Source of the DNA: Macrostomum lignano
Taxonomy: Eukaryota
Assembly: GCA_002269645.1 (NCBI GenBank)
Contig: NIVC01002839.1
Span: forward strand, 1-64,000
Reading direction: 5' to 3'
Length of the DNA: 64,000 nt
The notes under the pieces are model-generated. The model was not told where the DNA came from, ran no database searches, and worked only from the letters and a program-made list of their open reading frames with translations. Made by a program: the position numbers and the translations under genes. Numbering within the stretch: position 1 is the first letter of the stretch; each line of letters starts with the position of its first letter. Shown in pieces: positions 29,657-41,866 of this stretch.

Positions 29657-31440
29657 TCAGTAATAATCCTCATCCTCATTCTGACCGCCGGCAGTGGCAG
29701 CGGCAGACTTGACCACCTCCTGGCTGCTGTACATCTCGGCCAGCTGGGCGGCCGTAGTCGCCTCCTCTGGCCGTTTGTCCTCGCGGCGGCGAACGAATCT
29801 GGGGAATCGGAGGCTGACGCCGCGGCGAGGGTCGGCCAGGCCGATGGCGGCCATGTAGGCGGGGCTGAGGCTCAGGTCGGCCGCCTTCACCTCCCAGACG
29901 ATGGCCGGGTCGAACCAGACGTCGGCATTTGAAGCGCCGCCGCAGCGGACGTAGGGCTTCGGCGCGGCGACCCGGTGCTCGGCCAGGTCGCGGGTGAACG
30001 CGTCCAGATCTTCGTCGGAGAAGCCGGTGCCGATTTTGCAGACGGTCTGGTATTCTTCGTCGTCGGGATTGTAGCAGGCCAACAGGAAGCCCCCAAGCTT
30101 GCCGGCCCGCTTCCCGGTGCCATGGTAACCACCGACAACCACGAGGTCGAGCGTGTCGCCAACACCGTCGACGTAGTCTTTTTTGAGCTTCAGCCAGCTG
30201 TGCGACCTGCGCGCGTTAAATTAATTGATTGATTTGCTTATTAGACTACTTATTAGATAAGTTCGCGTGAGTAGGATGAAGAGCTTTGTGTCTAGGAATA
30301 TTATAATAATATTACTGCCAGTAATATTAGGCAAACTGGCAGTAATATAAAACTACTGCCAAACTACTGCCAAATATAAAACTGGCAGTAATATTACTGC
30401 CAGTATGCGTGATAGGAAAAGCAGTTTAAAATCTAATACAAGCGTAAGAAGTGGATACAGTAGATAGATGAGCTCGTAGTAGATCAGGTAAATAAGATAG
30501 ATGTACATACATATGCTGACAACTCATTTTTAGTATATTGGAAGTAGACAAGTTATACAGGTGACAAGTAGACAAGGTAGACAAGGTAGACAGGTGAGAA
30601 GTAGACAAGGTAGATAGGTAAGATCAGATAGACAGGTGACAAGGTAGAAAGGTGACACGGTAGACAAGGTAGACAGGTGAGAAGTAGACAAGGTAGACAG
30701 GTGAGAAGTAGACAAGGTAGATAGGTAAGATCAGATAGACAGGTGACAAGGTAGACAGGTGGCACGGTAGACAAGGTAGACAGGTGACACGGTAGACAAG
30801 GTAGACAGGTGACACGGTAGACAAGGTAGACAGGTGACACGGTAGACAAGGTAGACAGGTGACACGGTAGACAAGGTAGACAGGTGACACGGTAGACAAA
30901 GTAGACAGGTGACACGGTAGACAAGGTAGACAGGTGACACGGTAGACAAGGTAGACAGGTGACACGGTAGACAAGGTAGACAGATGATACTGTGCGCGTA
31001 CCTCTTAGCAATCTCGTAGGTAGCCTCAGTGTCCAAGGCTTTAAGCATGAGTCCTTCGCAGTTTCCTCGAATAGCTTCATCCAGGAAGACCTGAATCTCC
31101 TCTGTGTCGGAGCAGTCCTGCCATTTGGCCAGGGCGAAGTGGCCCGCCTGCTCTGTCTCGGCAAAGTTGAACCCATCGCGCAGAACTTTGCGTCGCTGCC
31201 TTAATGATTTCTCAACCAGCGACTCGCCGTTGTAGTACAGAATGTCGAACACGAACACGCACACCTGGACTTTGATTGAGCCCGCGTCAGCGTCTTTTCG
31301 CTTCCGGGTTGTTAGCACCTGGGGGGGGGGGAGGTGCAGAAGGTGGAGTTTCTAAAGTTAAAACCGTTATTAGCTAGTTATGTAGCGCCACGAAAGTCAG
31401 GGTCACTGTGCACCCTGTGAGAGTGTGTGCGATTGCGTGC

Positions 31441-31473
<33 letters not shown>

Positions 31474-31516
31474 GCCTATCTGTCTGTCTGTCTGTCTGTC
31501 TGCCTGCCTGCCTGCC

Positions 31517-31561
<45 letters not shown>

Positions 31562-31576
31562 GCCTGCCTGCCTGCC

Positions 31577-31613
<37 letters not shown>

Positions 31614-34600
31614 GCCTATCCGTCTTTCTGTCTGTCTGCCTGCCTGTCTGTCTGTCTGTCTGTCTGCCTATCCGTCTTTCTGTCTGTCTGCCTGCCTGTC
31701 TGTCTGTCTGTCTGTCCAGCTCACCTGGAAAGGCAGTATCTGTCGCTTCTCCGTATCGAAGGCCACAGCTTCAGCATCCAATATGAAGTCAACCGGCTGA
31801 CGGCCAGCCAGCAGGTCGGGCACCCTGGCGGCGATGTCCGGGTACTTGCTGGTGTTGTTCTCCTGATTGCGCGAGTACACCCGAACGGAGCCGTCTGACA
31901 GACGGTGAATCTGAGCGCGCTCGCCGTCGTATTTGAACTCGCAGGTGAAGGCGCCGACGCTTTCGAATCGTTTGAGCACCTCTGCGACGCCGCGGGTTGG
32001 ATGGGCCAGCATGGGCTTGAGGGGCAGGCCGACTTGAAGCTGACAGCGAGACAGAAGGCCGGACAAGTCGCCGGAGCTGCAGGGGTCGAGTATGGAGTTC
32101 GAGCATTGTTATTGATCGAAACAAGATCAAATTGGCAAATCAATTTCATCTTTTCTACGTTTTTTAACAATAAAAAATTGTTATGGAAAACCAGGTGGCT
32201 CTCGTAGCTTTGCCGATAGTAATAAACTTGTTTTCTGAGAACGCAATACGTTAAATTTTCAAGAATTATTTTAATTAATTAAAAATTCTTTTTCTAAGAA
32301 ACCACTTCCCATTTTCTAATAAACCTCTTCCTGTTTTCTAAGAATCCACTTCCCGTTTTCTAAGAATCCACTTTCCGTTTTCTAATAAACCACTTCCCGT
32401 TTACTAAGAATCCACTTCCCGTTTTCTAATAAACCACTTCCCGTTTTCTAAGAATCCACTTCCCGTTTTCTAAGAATCCACTTCCCGTTTTCTAAGAATC
32501 CACTTCCCGTTTTCTAAGAATCCACTTCCCGTTTTCTAATAAACCACTTTCCGTTTTCTAAGAATCCACTTCCGTTTTCTAATAAACCACTTTCCGTTTT
32601 CTAAGAATCCACTTCCCGTTTTCTAATAAACCACTTTCCGTTTTCTAAGAATCCACTTCCCGTTTTTTAATAAACCACTTCCCGTTTTCTAAGAATCCAG
32701 TTCCCGTTTTCTAATAAACCACTTCCCGTTTTCTAAGAATCCACTTCCGTTTTCTAATAAACCACTTCCCGTTTTCTAATAAACCACTTTCCGTTTTCTA
32801 AGAATCCACTTCCCGTTTTCTAATAAACCACTTTCCGTTTTCTAAGAATCCACTTTCCGTTTTCTAATAAACCACTTTCCGTTTTCTAAGAATCCACTTC
32901 CCGTTTTCTAATAAACCACTTTCCGTTTTCTAAGAATCCACTTCCCGTTTTTTAATAAACCACTTCCCGTTTTCTAAGAATCCAGTTCCCGTTTTCTAAT
33001 AAACCACTTCCCGTTTTCTAATAAACCACTTTCCGTTTTCTAAGAATCCACTTCCCGTTTTCTAATAAACCACTTTCCGTTTTCTAAGAATCCACTTCCG
33101 TTTTCTAATAAACCACTTTCCGTTTTCTAAGAATCCACTTCCCGTTTTCTAATAAACCACTTTCCGTTTTCTAAGAATCCACTTCCCGTTTTTTAATAAA
33201 CCACTTCCCGTTTTCTAAGAATCCAGTTCCCGTTTTCTAATAAACCACTTCCCGTTTTCTAATAAACCACTTTCCGTTTTCTAAGAATCCACTTCCCGTT
33301 TTCTAATAAACCACTTTCCGTTTTCTAAGAATCCACTTTCCGTTTTCTAATAAACCACTTTCCGTTTTCTAAGAATCCACTTCCCGTTTTCTAATAAACC
33401 ACTTTCCGTTTTCTAAGAATCCACTTCCCGTTTTTAATAAACCACTTCCCGTTTTCTAAGAATCCAGTTCCCGTTTTCTAATAAACCACTTCCCGTTTTC
33501 TAATAAACCACTTTCCGTTTTCTAAGAATCCACTTTCCGTTTTCTAATAAACCACTTTCCGTTTTCTAAGAATCCACTTCCCGTTTTCTAATAAACCACT
33601 TTCCGTTTTCTAAGAATCCACTTCCCGTTTTCTAATAAACCACTTCCCGTTTTCTAAGAATCCACTTTCCGTTTGCTAAGAAACCACTTCATGTTTTTTT
33701 AGAATCCACTTCCCGTTTTCTAAGAAATTACTACTGTACTTTTGTTTTCTAAGAAACGGTTTAATTGTTTTCCAAGATCTCATCCATTAGACCCTCCACA
33801 GAAACTTCTTAAACCAATAGTCCCGCTTTCTAAGAATTCTGTTTTAACGTCTAAGAATTCAAATGCCTTAAACAGGCTCACCAGTCTTCATCCCGAGTCT
33901 CCTCAAGCAGAGCGGCAACCAGCAAGTCATAATTGGGGCAGCGGCAGTAGGCGGTCCGCACTAGCAGAGCCGCTTCGTCTTGGCGTCGTTTCCAAGAATC
34001 CGCAGATTGTCCACGCGAAGCGTCCGGAGTTTTCAAATTCGGCGACCGGACAAAAGCATGGCCGAGAGCGGACAGGACAGAGAGCTCGGCCAGGCCGATT
34101 CTGAGACGACCGGACAAAGATCGGATGAGGTATTTGGCTTCGCACTGGCGACAGGAGACTAGCAGGGATTGAATTTTTGACACCTGCGGGTTTTGTAAGA
34201 AACTTTGATGTGACAATTAACCACCACAAATAGTCAACTCTATTACTAGCTGTGAGCCTACATTAGATACCACAGCTGAGTAATTAGCTACCAAAGATAC
34301 CACAGATGAGTAATTAGCTACCAAAGATACCACAGATGAGTAATTAGCTACCAAAGATACCACAGGTAGATAATTAGCTACCATAGACACCACAGCTGAG
34401 TAAATAGCTACCAAAGATACCACAGGTAGATAATTAGCTACCATAGATACCACAGGTAGATAATTAGCTACCATAGATACCACAGCTGAGTAATTAGCTA
34501 CCAAAGATATCACAGGTAGATAATTAGCTACGATGGATACCACAGGTAGATGATTAGCTACGATGGATACCACAGGTAGATACTCGTAATTAGCTACCAT

Positions 34601-36173
34601 ATAGATACCACAGGTAGATGATTAGCTACGATGGATACCACAAGTAGATAATTAGCTATCAAAGTTACTGGTAGGTGTTAAGCACCTTCTTCTGCTGCGC
34701 GGCATTCCCAGAGAGATCGGCCACCTCGCGTAGCCGCTGAAATACGCCGGCAACAGTCAGAGGTTTCGGCTGGCACATCACAGCTTGACGCGAACGTAGC
34801 GACTCGCTCACTGCGCCAAGATCGCCGACAACTTGAGCACGTTGGCGAATTTTATCTACGGTAGAGCCGGTGCTCAAAGCCATGGCTTTTATCAGCACGG
34901 AGTCACCGACGCCCAGTTCAACAGCCTCGTAAGCTGGCGCCAACTGATTCAAGCACAGATAGACGCACGGCAGCAAATCTTTAGGGCTGAGCAGACGAAC
35001 TGAACGAAGAAAATTGCATAGCAACTCTAAGATTCTTAACCGGCCAGGCGTGGCCTCGATGGCTTCGAATGTTTTGGCCAGAGCCAAGTAGGGCACCGGC
35101 TGGCCGCTCGACCAGCTCGCATCCTCTATGGGATCGTAGCGAGCTTTGCCGGGATTATAACCCGATTCTTCCTTCGGCTGCTGCTCAGACGGCGCTTCAG
35201 CTGCTGTCTTCTTCTCCTGGTCCGATTTTTCAACCTCTTTTACCTCGGCGGCGATTTTGTTTGCCTGCTTCTTTTCCGGCTTACTTGTGGCAGATTTTTT
35301 CCTGGCTACTTTTGGTTTTGCGTCAGATTTCGGTTTTGTGTCAGATTTCGGTTTTGTGTCAGATTTCGGTTTTGTGTCAGATTTCGGTTTTGTGTCAGAT
35401 TTCGGTTTTGTGTCAGATTTCGGTTTTGTGTCAGATTTCGGTTTTGCGTCAGATTTCGGTTTTGTGTCAGATTTCGGTTTTGTGTCAGATTTCGGTTTTG
35501 TGTCAGATTTCGGTTTTGCGTCAGATTTCGGTTTTGTGTCAGATTTCGGTTTTGTGTCAGATTTCGACGGTTTCGGTTTCAATTTAGATTTGCTTTTATC
35601 GGAAGCAGATTCGGAAGCGGCAGATTCGGAAGATGACGAGGAGGAAATCATTCGGCGACGCTTGGCAGGCGGAGATGGAGAATCCTGTTGTTGCTGAGGC
35701 GACGACAAAGACTCATCGTTGGATTCAGAATCAGAGGAACCGGACTCAGACTCAGCCTTCTTTCGCTTGTTCCGCTTGTCTTGTTTATCTGGCCCATCTA
35801 AAGACAATTTATTTTCTTTCTTAATTGTCGAAGTCTCCGCTTTCGAAGTCGGCGACTTCACCTTCGCGTCGGTAGTAGTCTTTGTTGGCGGTGTGGTCGA
35901 TAAAGGGCGTCGAGTACTATCGGTGATAATAGTACTACTATCTGACTGTGCCGCAGAAGAGGCGGCAGTTTTCGAGAAGAAAGAAGTGATGGAACGTTGT
36001 TGCTGCTTCTGGCTTCCATTTTGCTGTTGCGGCATTGCGCAGGGCGAGTTTAAGATAGATAGTATTGACGTTGTTCGTACAAACAATGGGCTTGAGCAAT
36101 GAAGGAAAACAGCCGACACACCTTTCTGACGTATTAAGGATGGCGCTAGTAACGTTAATAAACGAGGTAGCAT
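29657..36173 (-). CDS. LIG1: DNA ligase I (ATP-dependent): 1002 aa from AUG1, 956 aa from AUG2 at 36035
   Basis: Exons 36173-34686, 34183-33882, 32076-31725, 31318-31002, 30206-29657, all in frame. PIP box QRSITSFF, motif [38 protein letters not shown]. Confidence 0.96.
30545..30985. repeat. 25-bp minisatellite (GTAGACAAGGTAGACAGGTGACACG) in LIG1 intron 4
   Basis: 25-aa (3 x 25 bp) periodicity in overlapping ORFs. Confidence 0.94.
31440..31716. repeat. (TGTC)n/(TGCC)n microsatellite in LIG1 intron 3
   Basis: Direct observation. Confidence 0.96.
32300..33722. repeat. 22-bp minisatellite (CCACTTCCCGTTTTCTAAGAAT / ...CTAATAAA) in LIG1 intron 2, about 65 units
   Basis: Alternating variants with larger block duplications. 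Confidence 0.96.
34235..34660. repeat. 30-bp minisatellite (AGATACCACAGGTAGATAATTAGCTACCAT) in LIG1 intron 1
   Basis: 10-aa periodicity of ORF 34217. Confidence 0.93.
35311..35565. repeat. Coding 18-bp minisatellite in LIG1 exon 1, encoding about 14 KPKSD(T/A) units
   Basis: CGGTTTTGTGTCAGATTT units, in frame within the LIG1 N-terminal region. Confidence 0.96.
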
Positions 36174-36247
36174 GAAATGTGCCGCGTTACGTTTAAGATT
36201 TTCATGATAATATAAAGCAATTACTTTACACCAATTACTTTACTTTA

Positions 36248-38405
36248 CACTTTTTCTCCCATTAACAATGTATTTTTACACCAAATGTGCACACATTCCA
36301 ATATTTAAGACCAACTAGCTCTATACCAACTAGACCAAACACATTCCAGAACCTATGACCAACTAACTGTACACATATTCTAGAATCTATGACCAACTAC
36401 ACACATTCCTGAATCTATGACCAACGAAATGTACACACATTCCTGAATCTATGACCAGCTAACTGTACACACAATCTTTAACCTATGATCAACTAACTGT
36501 ACACACATTCTAGAACCTATGATCAACTAACTGTACACACATTCTAGAACCTATGACCAACTAGCTGTACACACATTCTAGAACCTATGACCAACTAACT
36601 GTACACACATTCTAGAATCTATGACCAACTAACTGTACACATTCCAGAACCTATGATCAACTAACTATACACACATTCTAGAACCTATGACCAACTAGCT
36701 GTACACACATTCTAGAATCTATGACCAACTAACTCTACATCATAGGTAACAGAAAAACACTTTTTCTCCCATTAACAATGTACTTTTTACACCAAATGTG
36801 CACACATTCTAATATCTATGACCAACTAGCTGTACACACATTCCAGAACCTATGACCAACTAAATGTACACACATTCCAGAACCAATGACCAACTAAATG
36901 TACACACATTCCAGAACCTATGACCAACTAAATGTACACACATTCCAGAATCTATGACCAACTACACACATTCTAGAATCTATGACCAACTAGCTGTACA
37001 CACATTCTAGAACCTATGACCAACTAAATGTACACACATTCCAGAACCTATGACCAACTAAATGTACACACATTCTAGAACCTATGACCAACTAAATGTA
37101 CACACATTCCAGAATCTATGACCAACTAAATGTACACACATTCCAGAATCTATGACCAACTAAATGTACACACATTCTAGAATATATGACCAACTACACA
37201 CATTCAAGAATCTATGACCAACTAGCTGTACACACATTCTAGAATCTATGACCAACTAGCAGTACACACATTCTAGAATCTATGACCAACTAGCTGTACA
37301 CACATTCTAGAACCTATGACCAACTAGCTGTACACACATTCTAGAACCTATGACCAACTAGCTGTACACACATTCTAGAATCTATGACCAACTAGCTGTA
37401 CACACATTCTAGAACCTATGACCAACTAACTGTACACACATTTTAGAATCTATGACCAACTAGCTGTACACACATTCTAGAACCTATGACCAACTAACTG
37501 TACACACATTCTAGAACCTATGACCAACTAGCTGTACACACATTCTAGAACCTATGACCAACTAGCTGTACACACATTCTAGAACCTATGACCAACTAGC
37601 TGTACACACATTCTAGAATCTATGACCAACTAGCTGTACACAATTCTAGAACCTATGACCAACTAGCTGTACACACATTCTAGAACCTATGACCAACTAG
37701 CTGTACACACATTCTAGAATCAATGACCAACTAGCTGTACACACATTCTAGAACCTATGACCAACTAACTGTACACACATTCTAGAATCTATGACCAACT
37801 AGCTGTACACACATTCTAGAACCTATGACCAACTAACTGTACACACATTCTAGAATCTATGACCAACTAGCTGTACACACATTCTAGAACCTATGACCAA
37901 CTAGCTGTACACACATTCTAGAACCTATGACCAACTAACTGTACACACATTCTAGAATCTATGACCAACTAGCTGTACACACATTCTAGAACCTATGACC
38001 AACTAGCTGTACACACATTCTAGAACCTATGACCAACTAGCTGTACACACATTCCAGAATCTATGACCAAATAACTGTACACACATTCCAGAATCTATGA
38101 CCAACTAGCTGTACACACATTCTAGAATCTATGACCAACTAGCTGTACACACATTCTAGAACCTATGACCAACTAGCTGTACACACATTCTAGAACCTAT
38201 GACCAACTAGCTGTACACACATTCCAGAATCTATGACCAAATAACTGTACACACATTCCAGAATCTATGACCAACTAGCTGTACACACATTCTAGAACCT
38301 ATGACCAACTAACTGTACACACATTCTAGAATCTATGACCAACTAGCTGTACACACATTCTAGAATCTATGACCAACTAACTGTACATCATAGGTAACAG
38401 AAAAA
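36248..38405. repeat. 34-bp minisatellite (CTATGACCAACTAGCTGTACACACATTCTAGAAC) within a tandemly duplicated cassette upstream of LIG1
   Basis: Period 34 (37501, 37535); unique head near 36248 and 36760, unique tail near 36735 and 38385. Confidence 0.94.
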
Positions 38406-38912
38406 CATGTAGACAAATATACGTGTACTTTTAAATTGTGACATTTATTGAATGACTTCAAAGGAAGGGGTGTGCTGATCCACTTGCAGAAATCCGTGAA
38501 TTCACAATTTTCAGGTATTTAAGCAAAGCAAACACAAGGCTAACATTAAAAATGACTTGGACCAATTGACTAAGAAGTTAGCTTTAAATAAATAAATATA
38601 TATATAATAAATATCAACACTTATAAGAAATACTAAACTGGATGCATTCAGACTAGAAGTTAATGTGGATTAGATATGCTTTAAATGATATAATATATCT
38701 AAATTTGCATTTATAAAACTTGCCCCGCAAAGCTCTGGGAGTTGAAAATACTCGCAACTTGCAATGAGTAACTGTTTTGTGAAATAAAATCAACTCAAAA
38801 TACACCGATGCTAAAGCGGTGATGATGATATTCAATAATCAGGAAAATATGCAGAAGACACTTTATGAACGCTTTTTACATTCAATCTGTTTAAATATTA
38901 AGCGAAAAGTGG

Positions 38913-39398
38913 TTAATCCGCTGGATTTCCGCACAGGTTAATTCGCTGGATTTCCACACAGGTTAATCCGCTGGATTTCCACAGGTTAATCCGCTGGATT
39001 TCCACACAGGTTAATCCGCAGGATTTCCACAGGTTAATCCGCTGGATTTCCACACAGGTTAATCCGCAGGATTTCCACAGGTTAATCCGCTGGATTTCCA
39101 CAGGTTAATTCGCAGGATTTCCACACAGGTTAATCCGCTGGATTTTTCACACAGGTTAATCCGCAGACCGCAGGATTTCCACACAGGTTAATCCGCTGGA
39201 TTTTTCACACAGGTTAATCTGCAGACCGCAGGATTTCCACACAGGTTAATCCGCAGGATTTCCACACAGGTTAATCCGCAGGATTTCCGCAGGTTAATCC
39301 GCAGGATTTCTACACAGGTTAATCCGCAGGATTTCCACAGGTTATTCCGCTGGATTTCCACAGGTTAATCCGCTGGATTTCCACAGGTTAATCCACAG
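38913..39398. repeat. 23-25-bp minisatellite (CAGGTTAATCCGCTGGATTTCCA)
   Basis: About 20 direct units. Confidence 0.93.
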
Positions 39399-39944
39399 AA
39401 TTTACGCTTCGTTAATCCCCTCTCCCACAACGGATTTAACGCGACCCGAGCAAAATAATAATTAAATACAAAAATAATGCGACCTGTGTGTTTGTTTAGT
39501 TGTTTGTTGCAAAAACTGAAAAAAAGTAGAAAAAATCGACTAGATAAACAAGTATCAGGTGACTATTTAAACAAAATGTATACAAAAGGCTGAAGGTTAG
39601 GCCATTATACAATGGCATGCTTCAAGCAAAATGAAACGAATTCAAATTAATAGAGTGCATGCAATTAGCTAACTAAACGATTAGGAAATCACTACATACT
39701 CTCAGAAGCATAATGATTTGCATAGACCAAAACAGGGCATTGGGCGTCGGAGGGCATAATAAGTACATTGGATGTGTACTTAAAAGACTTTTATCACAAT
39801 ATGAAACGTTATGACAGTTAATCTAGATTATCGCTGTAAAACTAACGACCAATATATCGATATTTAGTCTTAGATATAGTTTTAGTCTTTAGAGTTTTGA
39901 AAAAGAAAGTGCTAATGACTCGTTTAGAATACTTGCCCAGATTT

Positions 39945-40595
39945 GGAATCTTTGGGATCTGATTTGGAAGTGGGGATCTGGGACTTTTTGAGTTGGGGAT
40001 ATGGACTTCTTGAGCTGGGGATCTGGGACTTTTTGAGTTGGGGATTTGGGACTTTTTAAGTTGGGGATCTGGGGCTGTTTGGGTTGGGGATCTGGGACTT
40101 TTTGAGTTGGGGATCTGGACTTCTTGAGTTGACGATCTGGACTTCTTGAGTTGGGGATCTGGGACTTCTTGAGTTGACGATCTGGACTTCTTGAGTTGGG
40201 GATCTGGGGCTGTTTGGGTTGGGGATCTGGGACTTTTTGAGTTGGGGATTTGGGACTTTGAATTGTGGATCTGGGGCTGTTTGGGTTGGGGATCTGGGAC
40301 TTTTCGAGTTGGGGATTTGGGACTTTGAATTGTGGATCTGGGGCTGTTTGGGTTGGGGATCTGGGACTTTTTGAGTTGGGGATTTGGGACTTTGAATTGT
40401 GGATCTGGGACTGTTTGGGTTGGGGATTTGGGACTCTTGAGTTGGGATCTGGACTTTTTTGAGTTGGGGATCTGGACTTTTTGAGTTGGGGATCTGGACT
40501 TTTTGAGTTGGAAATCTGGGATTCTTAGAGTTGGGGATTTGGGATTATTTGAGTTGGAGATCTGGGACTTTTGAGTTGGGGATCTGCGACTTGAG
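39945..40595. repeat. G-rich minisatellite of about 22 bp (TTGAGTTGGGGATCTGGGACTT), 3' of the RGS gene
   Basis: Variable-length tandem units. Confidence 0.9.
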
Positions 40596-40863
40596 GTCAT
40601 AGGATTCTGATCCCATGGTATTTTTTACATTTCGAATCATAATCATAAGCTAAAGAGTAAAAAATTAGGAATTGGGATAAATAAATCCCATTTGACTATT
40701 CTTTATTTTAATTTCTGCGAATTAAATGTCTGTAGACTAACAAAATTATTACCTATATCTTTAAGCCAATACAGACGAATATCATTTTGACTAAAAAATC
40801 AAATATGAAACAAATACAACTCAATCAAAAGCTACTTAGAGTAGTGCTCGAGTGCAATTTTGT

Positions 40864-41709
40864 TTAATTTGCGGCGTCGGTCATTTCGGCCCCGGGAATT
40901 GTTACGGCGTCGACAGTTCCAGCGTCTCTCGATCGTCTGGCGGCCGCAGCGGACGCCGTGTTGACGTTAACGGCGTTGGTCGCCGCGTCGCTACTTGACA
41001 ATCGTTGCTGCTTTTTGCTGCTTAATTTTTTCTTACCACTTGCTAACAATTGCCGGTAGAATTCTGATCGCAGGAATCTGCCGTAGGAGTCGGACTTCAT
41101 CAGCTGAAATATGTGCTCCTCGGCCGCTTCGAATGCGTAACGATCAGCTGAGGCGGCTGTAGCGCTGGACATCCGTTTTCGGACAGCTTCGGCCACCGGG
41201 CCGGCCACGTTGACCGGCTCCGTAGCGTCCGGTCCAAGGAAGGTGTCGTAGATCCGATTGACCTCCTTGTGTACCTGACTGGCCGGGGCGTGGCGCAACC
41301 GTTGGCAGGCCTCCCAGAAGGCCAAATTCTCGGCGCTAACCTCTTTTAGTAGCCATTTCTCGAATTCCTGCCGGCCGGCCGGGTCGCGCAGCAGCTCGTG
41401 AATGCTGAAGCCCCAGCGCTTCACCCGCCTAGCCGGGACGTCCCGGGTTCGACGCTCAGATTCCCAATAGTCGGCGCTGTCCGATACCCACGGATTCTGG
41501 CTCTGGTCGGGCAGGCCGCCGCCAATGAATGCGTCAAATTCGGCATACTGCTGATAGTAGCATATGGCGCTCTCGGCCGCTTTGGACACTTTCACGCGAC
41601 TGAGAGGGGGCGGGCGTTTGGAATCGGTGCCGCGATTGCCTCATTTCTGGTATACGAACTGGGCCTCACTGTCTTAGTGTCTTAGTGTCTGGCTGTCTGT
41701 CTGTCTTAG

Positions 41710-41754
<45 letters not shown>

Positions 41755-41801
41755 TAGTGTCTTAGTGTCTGTCTTAGTGTCTTAGTGTCTTAATGTCTGC
41801 C

Positions 41802-41866
<65 letters not shown>

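Noticed and set aside
30310-30405. Cluster of ACTGCCAG/CTGGCAGT inverted words in LIG1 intron 4 as a MITE
   Set aside because: Too short, with no defined termini or TSD; looks like local slippage or template switching.
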